Positions 17,639 through 27,119 of a stretch of DNA of 64,000 nucleotides are shown in pieces. The notes under the pieces are model-generated. The model did not search any database, was not told the origin of the DNA, and worked only from the letters and a program-made list of their open reading frames with translations. A program made the position numbers and the translations under genes. Within the stretch, counting starts at the first letter, position 1, and each line of letters opens with the position of its first letter. Origin of the DNA: a virus. The stretch spans positions 1 through 64,000 of the IMG/VR virus record IMGVR_UViG_3300010399_000005; one strand, written 5' to 3'.

Positions 17639-18707
17639 CTGACCTTCGCGCGTCGAGCGTTCACTCGTTGAGTGACCTCATGCGCCAGCTGCCACGTCTC
17701 GGCCCAGTGCCACGCGTGTTCCTCGAAAGTCAGCAGTCGAGCGATCGACCGTGCTGCTTCACTCGTTTCCTGCCACGCCGAGTCATCAGTGAGAAAGCGC
17801 TTCAGTGCCTTGACCCAGGACCGTGTCCGTTGGTCAACTAGGACACCAGCCTCGGGGCACAAGTTGTGCAGCACTCGGTACTCGCCGATGTCCGACGCTA
17901 CCCAGGGGCACCCGACGGATGCGAGCTCCAGAGGCTTGAGATACGACTTGCCTCGATTGAACCTCGAGTCCGCGAGGGGTGCGGCTCCAACATCGAGGTT
18001 GAGTAGTCCTTGCGACCAATACTGGAACTCGACGCGTCCTGTGGCTCGAGGATCCTCAGGTAGACCGAGTGCCTTACCCATCCCCTCTGGGTAGCCCACC
18101 ACTAGGAAGTTGTCGCGTAGCTGCTGGACCGCACCTGCGAGAATGGGTACGTCATCGGGATGCGAGTGCACGGCGCCTGGCCAGCCCCAGATACGTTCAT
18201 CTCTCAGTGGCCGTTCAAGCTCGGTGAACCGACGCGGTACGCAGTTCCGCAGCACACGCGAACGCTCCTTACCGAAGCGTGTCTGAAGCTCAGGGGTGGA
18301 CACCGTGACCAGCGTCGCGAGACGACACGCACGTTGAGCGTGATGCCAGTTGTTCTTAGGGGAACGAGCTGGATGAAGCATGGCGAACGCGGCGTTGTCT
18401 GGATGGATGCACGTGAGGTCATCATCCATGTCGACGACGACTGTCTTACCCTCGTTGATCAAGTGCTCCATGAGCTGGACGAGGAAGACGTTCGTAGGCC
18501 TCTGAAAGACGTAGACATCTGCGTCGCGCCCTACCTGTACTGACCGCAACCGGTCACCGTCGCGGATGGCGAACAGGCCTGAGGGGTCACCTGGCATGAC
18601 GATCTCAACGTCGTACCCCTGTCGCTGCAGCTCCTGTGCTGGCCAGATCAGTCGGTAATGTCCTATCCGCAGCCCCACGCGTCAGCTGGAAACACGCAAG
18701 TCTTCAT
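17635..18707 (-). CDS. GT-B (family 4-like) glycosyltransferase, interrupted by a 5-nt TAGGA insert at 18661-18665
   Basis: ATG at 18707 gives MKTCVFPADAWGCG-stop; the +2 frame continues HYRLIWP...VFQRP...DMDDD...VTVST...FNRGKSYLKPLE. Removing 5 nt restores GCGHYR. Confidence 0.85.
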
Positions 18708-18739
18708 TTGGCATCACCCATGATACATGGATCCTTTCG

Positions 18740-19351
18740 TCAAAGTGTCGTGAATGTGATGTCGTGAAACAGCACCGGCTCGGTGTCACCCATCTCGACA
18801 TTGCCGGCCATCGTCACACCGACGTACGTGTGTCCACCAAGCACGTTGAGCGCGGGCATCGTGATTCGGTTCTGTGGTCGGTATCCTACCGGGAGCGTGA
18901 AGATGACAATGTTCGTACCTGAGACACGATCGGCCGTACCACGTAAAGACACCATGTGTCCATCACGACGGAACATGACCTGTGGTGCCTGGTCCTGGCC
19001 AGGTCCCGTGGTACCACTCAGGTGGGTCCACCCAGTGTTGAACGGCACCTGCTGCTGGTTGCCTACGATGTGCCAAGGATCGTGCCTAGGTATGCCGATG
19101 ATGAGTGCTTGGTGTGGAGGGGCGAAGAGCACCGTGACACGTTCACCAACGTTCACGACGAGCTGCGTCACATCATGTGCGCGGATGATGGTGGAGTCAG
19201 CGTCGAGCTGTACCTGGTGAATGAAGTACGTCGTGTCAACCTCGGTGACTGTACCGTGAATGACCTCCGAGATGGACGTCTCGGCGAGTGCGCGCTGGAC
19301 TGCAACCTGCGAGGCCGTCTTCACCAACATCATATCATGTGTCGTTACCAC
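18740..19351 (-). CDS. minor tail protein (spike or receptor-binding-like)
   Basis: N-terminal GTVT OB-like segment; C-terminal VSLRG...IFTLPVGYRP tail-fibre motif. Confidence 0.7.
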   Translation of the reverse strand: MVTTHDMMLVKTASQVAVQRALAETSISEVIHGTVTEVDTTYFIHQVQLDADSTIIRAHDVTQLVVNVGERVTVLFAPPHQALIIGIPRHDPWHIVGNQQQVPFNTGWTHLSGTTGPGQDQAPQVMFRRDGHMVSLRGTADRVSGTNIVIFTLPVGYRPQNRITMPALNVLGGHTYVGVTMAGNVEMGDTEPVLFHDITFTTL

Positions 19352-20451
19352 TACAAGTGCTCCATGTCACGGTCATACGTACGTCGTATGGTGTGCTGCA
19401 TGTTCGAGCCGTCGACACACTCCATAGTCCACGTCATCTCGAGGAAGCGGTCTCCCTCAAAGTCCACGACGTTGAAGTGATCGTGTCGCGGGTCAGGCGG
19501 GCCTGAGAACTCAACGGTCTCGAAGGGAAACCTCCAGCCACGACACAGCGACCTTGCGGCGAAGTCCGCGTCCTGCTGTGTCGCGATCCCCTGCATCTGC
19601 TCGACGTGTGAGACGACGAAGCCTCGGTTCTCGATTGAGTGTGGTGCTTCAGGTGGGATGTCACAGATCCCATAGACCGGAAGATCGGTGGCTCCGTTGT
19701 TGATGACGATGAAACGGTTTGGTAGCTCGAGGATGTTGGTCGACCTTGTGACCGTTCCTCTGAACGTTCGAAGACCCGCCGGGTAAGACAGCACATCACC
19801 GGCAGCCGCTGTGAAGGGATCAGGCATCGGTCCAAGCTGACCTACACCCACGTTGTCGAAGTAGAGGTCGTGAAAGCCGATCATCATCGCCAGCTCGTTG
19901 ATGACGCGAAGCCGTGATGTGCCGATCTTCCAGGACAGCGCCTCAGCCTGTGGTGTGATGACCGCTGGCGACGTCTGCATGTTGAACTCGATGGGAATCT
20001 CTGAGAGCAGACCGTAGATCGCGTCGGTGATGACGGTGCCCGGTGGATACGAGACCGAGTGATCAAGCTCTTGATCGACGATGAGAAGTTGATCAACTAG
20101 ACCGCACTCACCGACGGTAAGTTCCACGCCGTTCATCGCCGTGATGCGATGTCGTGAGACGTCAGCGAATCGAAAGAGTCCTAGTGGCCACTCGGTCTTA
20201 TCACTCAAGATCATAAAGACACGGACGCTCCAGCGCACCGCGTTGATCTCATCGATCTCATTGGGCAGCACGCTAAAGTTCTGCATCGTTCGCTTGATGC
20301 TTCGTGAGATGTCGACCGTGATACTAGGTGGGGAGTCACGATCCATCAGCTCAAGCGTACCAAGTGGTTCACTACCGTCGTAGAGGTCGAAGCGCCACGA
20401 CGATGCACGGTAGTTCGTCTCGAGGTCGAGAAGTGGGTTCGTCATCGTCAT
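19351..20451 (-). CDS. minor tail/hub protein
   Basis: WPLGLF, LYFDNVG, PNRFIV and PDPRHD motifs; second gene after tape measure. Confidence 0.7.
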   Translation of the reverse strand: MTMTNPLLDLETNYRASSWRFDLYDGSEPLGTLELMDRDSPPSITVDISRSIKRTMQNFSVLPNEIDEINAVRWSVRVFMILSDKTEWPLGLFRFADVSRHRITAMNGVELTVGECGLVDQLLIVDQELDHSVSYPPGTVITDAIYGLLSEIPIEFNMQTSPAVITPQAEALSWKIGTSRLRVINELAMMIGFHDLYFDNVGVGQLGPMPDPFTAAAGDVLSYPAGLRTFRGTVTRSTNILELPNRFIVINNGATDLPVYGICDIPPEAPHSIENRGFVVSHVEQMQGIATQQDADFAARSLCRGWRFPFETVEFSGPPDPRHDHFNVVDFEGDRFLEMTWTMECVDGSNMQHTIRRTYDRDMEHL

Positions 20452-23027
20452 GCTGCGACACTTCCCGCGTTCTCGGCGGTGACGACTGGTGTCGTGACCT
20501 CGGTGACGACGATGTCACCGGTCCAGATATCACCCACATATGGGTCGTGGAAGTTCGTGAACGTCGGTACCTGCACACCGGCGTACCAGCGGTTACCACA
20601 GGTGTCACGTACGACGAGACCCACCGTGGATCGACAGATCTCATGAAGTCTGTGCATCACATCGATGCAGGGCTTTACCGGAGTGCACAGTGCTTGTATG
20701 AGAAGCTTACGCTTGAAGCGCAGGCCCAACTGCTCGAGAGGTCGGAACGCGACGAGACCATCACGACCGTACACCTGACGATATACGTGCTGGTCCGAGT
20801 CCAACACCTCCCACTCCCGCTCGATGGGAAGCGTCGCACCGTACGTCTCGGGGAAGGCGACGTTCAGCGTCGGATCGAGTGGAGCGGTGATGATGAGATC
20901 TGCTCCCGTCGGTGCTTGTGACGTCACGCAGACCGTCTCCACGAAGTCCGACAGCGCGCCGTCGATCCTCTTCTGTCGCACTCGATAGCAGACCTGTGTA
21001 CCGTAGACCATCGACCAGTCATCCCAGCACGTAGGCGCACCGGTGACCGCTGCTCCGGTGACAGTCACACTGCCTGTCGGCGTGATGAACGCCACGCTGA
21101 CCCAGTCGTTGTCCATCACGGCCATCTCGCGCCGCTGGACCTCATAGTACACGAAGGTATCTTGAGTGAGCTTGGTGGCAGACCAGCACACGTGGTTGTA
21201 TGTGATGCCTCGCACTAGGCAGTCCGTGAGCTCGGTGTTACATGGGTCACATGCACCACCCGACACAAGCTGTGTGAGCGTACTCACCGACGCACCGGTG
21301 ACCGCTGCGACCTCCGAGATGAGCATGACCTGGAGGTCACCACGCCGGAAGTTAGCGGGATCGTGAAGCTGCAGTGAGCTGCCGTTTGGGAACCGATAGG
21401 TCAGTCCCTGTCCAACACCGGCGGCGGTCTGATCGGAACCCGTAGGCGCGATGTTCGTCGACGCCAACGCACCGATGCGCCAGGGGTTGCCAGGGTTAGT
21501 ACCGTCGTCGGTGAGAGCGATCGTGTCATCCAGGACGTACTCGACGGTGCTTGCGGTCGCATCAGCGATGTCGACCGATGTTCCCAAGTCGACGAGCACC
21601 GAGTGGTACTCATCACCCCAGATGTCATTACCCACCTTAGGTGAGTCGTCCCAGAGAGACTCGGTGATGAGCGCCGGGCCGGCGATGGTCGTACCGACGT
21701 TGTTCTTCAGTGTGACACTCACCGTCTTAGGATCGGTGGGTGTTCCCGTGCCACGAAGTAGTGCGACGTTGGTGCGCACATATCGGTACTTGGTTGTGCC
21801 CGTCACTAGAGCGAACGTGTGCTTTGCTCGACTCACCGTGTTGGATGACTTAAGCGGTCGCACACCCGAGTACGTCGTGAGGTACGGTTCGGTGTCGAGT
21901 GACTCGGTCGAAGCAACGCTCTGGAAGAAGCGGATCGCTGGAAGACCCTGCTGCCTGACGTCCAGAGCGGTGGGAACACCGAAACTCGTCCCGAATGAGG
22001 TGTCCTTCTTCGCGGTGTACAGGTCCCAGTCGAGAAAGGTGTAGTGCACCGGAGTGATGCCATCGACCTTCATGTCATTGAGTGCGGTCAGGTCATACCG
22101 CGAACCAGGTGAGATGTAGTCATCCTGTGCACACGGTGCTCTGACGACCGCGACGTACTCGACACCTGCAGTGACGGGAACTGGGTTGGCAGTCCCAGGC
22201 ACGAAAAAGCTTCCGGTGTGCCAGAGGTACGGTGCCGTGGGAACGATGATCCCAACACCGGCGCGTCGCTCGGTGATGTAGTCGACGTGTAGGTTCAACC
22301 AGTCGAAGATGTTTGGTTGCGTGTCGACCGCACGCAGACGCAGGCGTCGACTGCCCACGCTCGACGCGAACTGTCTGATGAGCGTAGGAGTCCACAGTGA
22401 CCACGCGTTCGGTGAGAAGTGATCGATGTACGCTTCAGCGATGTGCATGGTCTGCGTGCCTGAGTAGCCGCTTGGGAACAAGCGCTGCCACAGGACACCA
22501 CCATCATTGTCGATCCGATCCACCCACGTCTGTCTGTAGAAGAAGGTGTCGATGCCCAGAGCCAGCACGTGTGCCGTGAGTGGGAACGTGTTTGCGGTGG
22601 ACATCTGAACCGTGACCTGTGCGGGGTTAGGTCCAGACTGAAAGAGGGCGAGTCCATCATTGGGAAAGTCGAGCTCATCATTCTCAGGAGTGGTGAACGA
22701 CTCATCGACGACGTCCGAGTTCGCGGTCATCACAACGGTGAAGCTCGCGCTCTGGATCGGTCCTGGGTCGAAGCCTGATACAGGAATGAGCTCGATGAGC
22801 CAAGGACGACGCTGGTTCACGTAACCAGGAGCACCGAAGATTAGTGGGTTGTTAGTCTGCGCTCCTGAGAAGACCGACACCTGTGACACAGTGCCCGACT
22901 GCTGCGCACGAAAGCGCAGCACCCACATGTCCTGGTTGGTCGCGATGACGTTGTTACTCGCACCTACACCTTGAAACTCGATGCCGATCGTGTCAGGTGA
23001 GTGTGGGTTCCATGAAGAACGTGGCAC
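20448..23027 (-). CDS. large minor tail protein
   Basis: Directly follows tape measure; beta-rich; Fn3-like YEVQRR...YRVR segment. Confidence 0.65.
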   Translation of the reverse strand: MPRSSWNPHSPDTIGIEFQGVGASNNVIATNQDMWVLRFRAQQSGTVSQVSVFSGAQTNNPLIFGAPGYVNQRRPWLIELIPVSGFDPGPIQSASFTVVMTANSDVVDESFTTPENDELDFPNDGLALFQSGPNPAQVTVQMSTANTFPLTAHVLALGIDTFFYRQTWVDRIDNDGGVLWQRLFPSGYSGTQTMHIAEAYIDHFSPNAWSLWTPTLIRQFASSVGSRRLRLRAVDTQPNIFDWLNLHVDYITERRAGVGIIVPTAPYLWHTGSFFVPGTANPVPVTAGVEYVAVVRAPCAQDDYISPGSRYDLTALNDMKVDGITPVHYTFLDWDLYTAKKDTSFGTSFGVPTALDVRQQGLPAIRFFQSVASTESLDTEPYLTTYSGVRPLKSSNTVSRAKHTFALVTGTTKYRYVRTNVALLRGTGTPTDPKTVSVTLKNNVGTTIAGPALITESLWDDSPKVGNDIWGDEYHSVLVDLGTSVDIADATASTVEYVLDDTIALTDDGTNPGNPWRIGALASTNIAPTGSDQTAAGVGQGLTYRFPNGSSLQLHDPANFRRGDLQVMLISEVAAVTGASVSTLTQLVSGGACDPCNTELTDCLVRGITYNHVCWSATKLTQDTFVYYEVQRREMAVMDNDWVSVAFITPTGSVTVTGAAVTGAPTCWDDWSMVYGTQVCYRVRQKRIDGALSDFVETVCVTSQAPTGADLIITAPLDPTLNVAFPETYGATLPIEREWEVLDSDQHVYRQVYGRDGLVAFRPLEQLGLRFKRKLLIQALCTPVKPCIDVMHRLHEICRSTVGLVVRDTCGNRWYAGVQVPTFTNFHDPYVGDIWTGDIVVTEVTTPVVTAENAGSVAA

Positions 23028-26000
23028 CTAGATCGTCCTCACTGTAAGTGTAAGTGCTCGTCGTCTCAACGTCGCCTCGACACTGTCGGTGAACGCATCA
23101 GCGGCGGCCTGAGCTTCAGCGTTGGAGACCGCTCCGGCGAACTGCACGTGAACGTTCTCGATCGTGATCCCACCAAGAACGGCCTGTGTCGCTGCAGCCA
23201 CTGTAGCCGACGAACCTGTAGTGCCGTTACTTGACACACTTGAGGGCTGACTGATGAGATCGAGCAGTCCTGACTTCGCGGCCAGTGCGGCGGCACGACG
23301 ACGATCATCCAAGGGGATGACGACCTCGGGAGAGTGTAGGACCGCGAACGTGTCCTTGTCGATGATCCCACCACCGGCAAAACCGGGAATGCTCGGGAAG
23401 CTCGGGAGTGAGATGTGTGGAATGCTGTTCAACGTTGCGATGAAGTTATTCACCTTTCCGATCGCGTTGTTGATCATTCCAGCGACGATGCCAAATGCTT
23501 GTCCTACACTATGAACGATGCCCTCAACAAACTCAAGTGCACCACCTAGTGCATGCGCGACATCACCGAGTGTTTGGAACACTGACGAAGCAAAGCGTAT
23601 GTTAAATGCGAGAAAGTCTGCTGCAGCTGACACACCATCAGCTGCGTTTCGAAGACCAAAGAGAGTGAGCTGAAGTGCGAATGTGATCGGAATCATCAAG
23701 TTCGAGATGACATCGTGATTGTTCTTAATCGTATTCGCAAGACTTAGAAACGATGGTGCGATCACCGAAGAGATTACAGCTGCAAGTGGTAGAAACACGT
23801 TGTTCATCAAGTCCTTGACAACAGGACTTAGTTCACTCGTGATGACAATCCAAACATTATGAAGTTCATTCTTAAGATTAGTAAGTGCCGGAACAACTGA
23901 TGTGTTCCAAGTGTTAACGATTGGATCCCAGACATTAATGCGTAGATCATCAATCGCAGGCTTTAGTGTGTTAGTGATCTCAGTTGATGTATCGTGAAGT
24001 ATGTTCTTAGCTTGAGTAAGTGCGCTGTTACCACGTGTTTCGAGCAAACCAATGAAAGGTTCAAGTGTATTAATCCTAAAGTCATCCCAGGCAGGCTTTA
24101 GTACGTTTGTGATCACTGCTGCGATGCCACCGAACACGAAGTCTCTAAGATCAACGAGTCTAGGTATCAGGTTAAACGCAATGAGATCGTGAACAGGCTG
24201 GATGACATTCAAACGAAGATCATCCCACACCGGCTTAAACACATTCGTGATCGTATCTGCGATCGGACCAAGCTTGTCGTGTATGAGCTGAAACGCTGTC
24301 GCGATCAGTGCGAGTGGGCTCGCGACCGGTGCGAGGAACGAGAGCAAATTCGCAAATGCTGTGACGATGAACGAAAGAGCGGTGGCGATCGCAAGAAGTA
24401 CTGGAGCGCCAATATCTCTTACGAAGATCGTCGTCAGTTGAAGTAGTGGAGGTATGATCGGCAAGACAGCGATGACGAGATCTGCGAACGCGATGGCAAG
24501 TGCAGCGAGTGCGGTAGCGAGCTCAGGCAAGACCGGGGCGATAGCCTCCATGACCACGATGAACTCATCAGCGAACAGACCGATAATCTCCACGAGAATC
24601 GGTGAGAGACGCTTTAGGATCTCAAGAAGTGCACCACCCAAGATCTCAGCGACCTGCGTGATCGCTGGTCCCAGAGTTGTGGCGAACGCATCCGCGATCC
24701 GCTCGATCACTGGTGCGAGTACCTCAATGAGCTGGATAGCTACACCGGCCACGGCATCAAGAAACGGCGTCAACGCCTTAACGACCGTACCTATGATCTT
24801 GGCTAGGGGTGGTAGAAGGACCTCAACGAGGCGTGCAATGATCTCGAGAAACGGCTCAAGTGCGTGAACGAGTGGCGGGATGACCTGACCCAGTGCCTTG
24901 AAGATTGCACCGACTCCCGCCGCCAGAGGTTCGATAGCAGGCTGCAACTCACGGATACCCTCACCAAACCCCCTGAAGAAGTCGGCGATCGCCGGTCCCA
25001 GGACGTTGATGATCGGAATGAGCGCAGCGAGAAGTGACTGAGCGATGTCTGAGATAGCAGGTGCGACCAACTTCAGCGTATCACCAATGACCGTCGTGAG
25101 AGGCGTCAACAGCGTCTTCACTTGGTCGACCAGGGGGAGGAACGCATCAGTCAGCGCGAGAGAGATGGTGTCCTTGAACGTTGAGAACAGACCAAGCAGT
25201 GTCTGTGACTGTGCAGCCATCGCACCAGCCGCGCCGGGGAACTCTTTCATACCCTTCAGCAGTGCTTGAACTGCCTTGTCCGCGGGTATGAGGCCATCAC
25301 TGACCTGCTGCTGAAGTGCTTGGGTCGAGATACCCAGACCCTTAGCCATCGCTTCAAAGACCGGGAAACCTGGGAGTGCTTCACCGATCTGCAGTAGCTC
25401 TTCGGTGGAAGCCTTTCCCTTCGATGCCATCTGAGAGAAAGCGAGGATGACACGATCGATGGCCTCAGGTGGTGCACCCAGCACAGCAGTGAGGTCACCG
25501 ACCGTACTGATCGTCGGGATGATCTGGTCACGTGTGATCTTCAGTGCACCGGCCGTCGCGAGCAGTGACTTGGCGTTGTTCGCCAGGCCAGCGAACTCAA
25601 ACGGCGTCGTCGCAGCGAACTGCTGCATCTCGCGAATGAACTTGTCAGCTTCCTCAGCAGAACCTAGGAGAGCCTTGAAGCTGACCTGTGTCTGCTCAAG
25701 TGATGCCGCAGTCTTCAGACCAAAGCCAACGGCTGCGGCCGCACCAGTTGCGAGTGCACCGCCTACGAGTAGTGCACCTGTCTTAAGAAAGCCAAGTGCA
25801 GCGCTTGCGCGACCTGAACCCTCACTTACGTTCTCACCGACCGCATCACCAGCGACCCTAGACTCGGCCTCCAGTCGCCCGAACGCATCCGCACCGCCGA
25901 TACTCCGTAGCGACCGGTCGGCCGAGTTCGCCGCCTCCTTGAAGGCACGCTCGATGCCCTCACCTACGCGACGTGCTTCGTCATCGATGCTACCGAGTGC

Positions 26001-26102
26001 GCGTACCAGGCCCAGGATCGAGGCAAGTGCGCCTTCAGTGTGAGCGGTTACCTCGACGAATGCCGAGGCAATGGGACCACTCGAACCACCGATGAAGCTC
26101 AC
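23028..26102 (-). CDS. tape measure protein
   Basis: LEQTQVSFKALLGS..FAATTPFE tape-measure domain; amphipathic repeats; FAGGGII...EVVIPL C-terminus; follows tail chaperones. Confidence 0.95.
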   Translation of the reverse strand: MSFIGGSSGPIASAFVEVTAHTEGALASILGLVRALGSIDDEARRVGEGIERAFKEAANSADRSLRSIGGADAFGRLEAESRVAGDAVGENVSEGSGRASAALGFLKTGALLVGGALATGAAAAVGFGLKTAASLEQTQVSFKALLGSAEEADKFIREMQQFAATTPFEFAGLANNAKSLLATAGALKITRDQIIPTISTVGDLTAVLGAPPEAIDRVILAFSQMASKGKASTEELLQIGEALPGFPVFEAMAKGLGISTQALQQQVSDGLIPADKAVQALLKGMKEFPGAAGAMAAQSQTLLGLFSTFKDTISLALTDAFLPLVDQVKTLLTPLTTVIGDTLKLVAPAISDIAQSLLAALIPIINVLGPAIADFFRGFGEGIRELQPAIEPLAAGVGAIFKALGQVIPPLVHALEPFLEIIARLVEVLLPPLAKIIGTVVKALTPFLDAVAGVAIQLIEVLAPVIERIADAFATTLGPAITQVAEILGGALLEILKRLSPILVEIIGLFADEFIVVMEAIAPVLPELATALAALAIAFADLVIAVLPIIPPLLQLTTIFVRDIGAPVLLAIATALSFIVTAFANLLSFLAPVASPLALIATAFQLIHDKLGPIADTITNVFKPVWDDLRLNVIQPVHDLIAFNLIPRLVDLRDFVFGGIAAVITNVLKPAWDDFRINTLEPFIGLLETRGNSALTQAKNILHDTSTEITNTLKPAIDDLRINVWDPIVNTWNTSVVPALTNLKNELHNVWIVITSELSPVVKDLMNNVFLPLAAVISSVIAPSFLSLANTIKNNHDVISNLMIPITFALQLTLFGLRNAADGVSAAADFLAFNIRFASSVFQTLGDVAHALGGALEFVEGIVHSVGQAFGIVAGMINNAIGKVNNFIATLNSIPHISLPSFPSIPGFAGGGIIDKDTFAVLHSPEVVIPLDDRRRAAALAAKSGLLDLISQPSSVSSNGTTGSSATVAAATQAVLGGITIENVHVQFAGAVSNAEAQAAADAFTDSVEATLRRRALTLTVRTI

Positions 26103-26440
26103 TGTGTCGCTCCTATGACGAAGCCGTAGTCACGTGCTGCTTGCATACTCGACTCGGCGGCCGCCGCGTCGCCCTTCCACCACGGGGGAGGTTTCTTACG
26201 CTTCGGTTGAGGCTTCTCCACCTCGACCTCCCTCGCTCTCGCTTCCATGTTCGCCAGCTGCGCCTCGAACTCATCCCTCTCTTCACGTGTCTTCCCTTCG
26301 ATGATCACGAAGTAGATGAGGTTGAGCAGGCGACGAAGTGGCAGCTCTAAGGGGTCAACTCCTCGCGCTGCACACCAACCGTCGAACTCGTTCCACCGTC
26401 GTCGTGCCCATTCGTAGAGGAGGACGACGGTGAGGTAGGG
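26099..26440 (-). CDS. tail assembly chaperone, frameshifted C-terminal (T) segment
   Basis: The -1 frame is open from CCC TAC at 26440 through WNEFDGWCAARGVDPLELPLRRLLNLIYF to 26099. Confidence 0.7.
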   Translation of the reverse strand, partial: PYLTVVLLYEWARRRWNEFDGWCAARGVDPLELPLRRLLNLIYFVIIEGKTREERDEFEAQLANMEARAREVEVEKPQPKRKKPPPWWKGDAAAAESSMQAARDYGFVIGATQ

Positions 26441-26826
26441 CGTCCGGTGTACTGCTCGACGAGGTACTTCCAGATCTCGATGGCCTGAAGCAAGGTGATA
26501 GGATTCACCTTGTCCTTTAGACGCTCGGCAAAGCGCTCGGCTGACTTGGGCAGAAGCAGTTCATCCAGCATAGCCATGATCTGCCCGATGTACTTGTTCG
26601 CTCCACTGGCGATGGACCGTGCTCGCTCGAAGTCCTCCGGCGTCGCGGTCGCCGGGTCAAGATCACCAACACTCATGCCCTCGAGCGTCATCACACCCAT
26701 GGTGTTCATCAGCTCAACGGCCTGCATCGTCATCTCGGCGCTCAGCTCGGGAATCGCCTCGAACGTATCACCGTCGGCCTTGAACCGGATCGGCTCGAGC
26801 TTGAGCGGTCGACTAAAGTCTTTCAT
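26347..26826 (-). CDS. tail assembly chaperone (G)
   Basis: Ends YTGRPTSPSSSS; lies upstream of tape measure. Confidence 0.8.
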   Translation of the reverse strand: MKDFSRPLKLEPIRFKADGDTFEAIPELSAEMTMQAVELMNTMGVMTLEGMSVGDLDPATATPEDFERARSIASGANKYIGQIMAMLDELLLPKSAERFAERLKDKVNPITLLQAIEIWKYLVEQYTGRPTSPSSSSTNGHDDGGTSSTVGVQREELTP

Positions 26827-27119
26827 CGTACCTCCTGAAGGGCAGGTCGTAGGTATGGACGAGCGCGCATGCGACGAGTCCCAAGTTCAACGAACCGTGC
26901 GTAGTTGACGTTTGAGCCGATACGTACCGTCAGACCAGCGGTGCTCTGACGCGGTGCCGACGACTGAATGGATGACCGTAGTCTACCTGTGTCGACCGGG
27001 CAGTGCTGCTTCGCACTGGACTGTACGTTCACACCAAGCTTGAATACGCGTTGACCGATCGGACCACCAGGTGACCTAAGCAGTGTGTTGATCACACCAG
27101 TGTGCACGGTGACGCTCAC
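26823..27119 (-). CDS. HK97 gp10-like neck/tail completion protein
   Basis: PVDTGRLRSSI, YARFVELGT and RPYLRPAL motifs. Confidence 0.88.
   Translation of the reverse strand: MSVTVHTGVINTLLRSPGGPIGQRVFKLGVNVQSSAKQHCPVDTGRLRSSIQSSAPRQSTAGLTVRIGSNVNYARFVELGTRRMRARPYLRPALQEVR

Noticed and set aside
19346-19356. TTG TAG TG at the junction of two tail genes also fits XYZ-TAG-YZ
   Set aside because: It is explained as an ordinary TAG/GTG stop-start overlap with a GGAG SD upstream. Both proteins look complete and there is no preceding TGC. A minor hop-fusion product cannot be excluded.
23022-23033. Tape measure TAG immediately followed in frame by the GTG of the next gene (possible readthrough fusion)
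   Set aside because: The downstream gene has its own GAGGA SD, and no canonical suppressor tRNA is seen.
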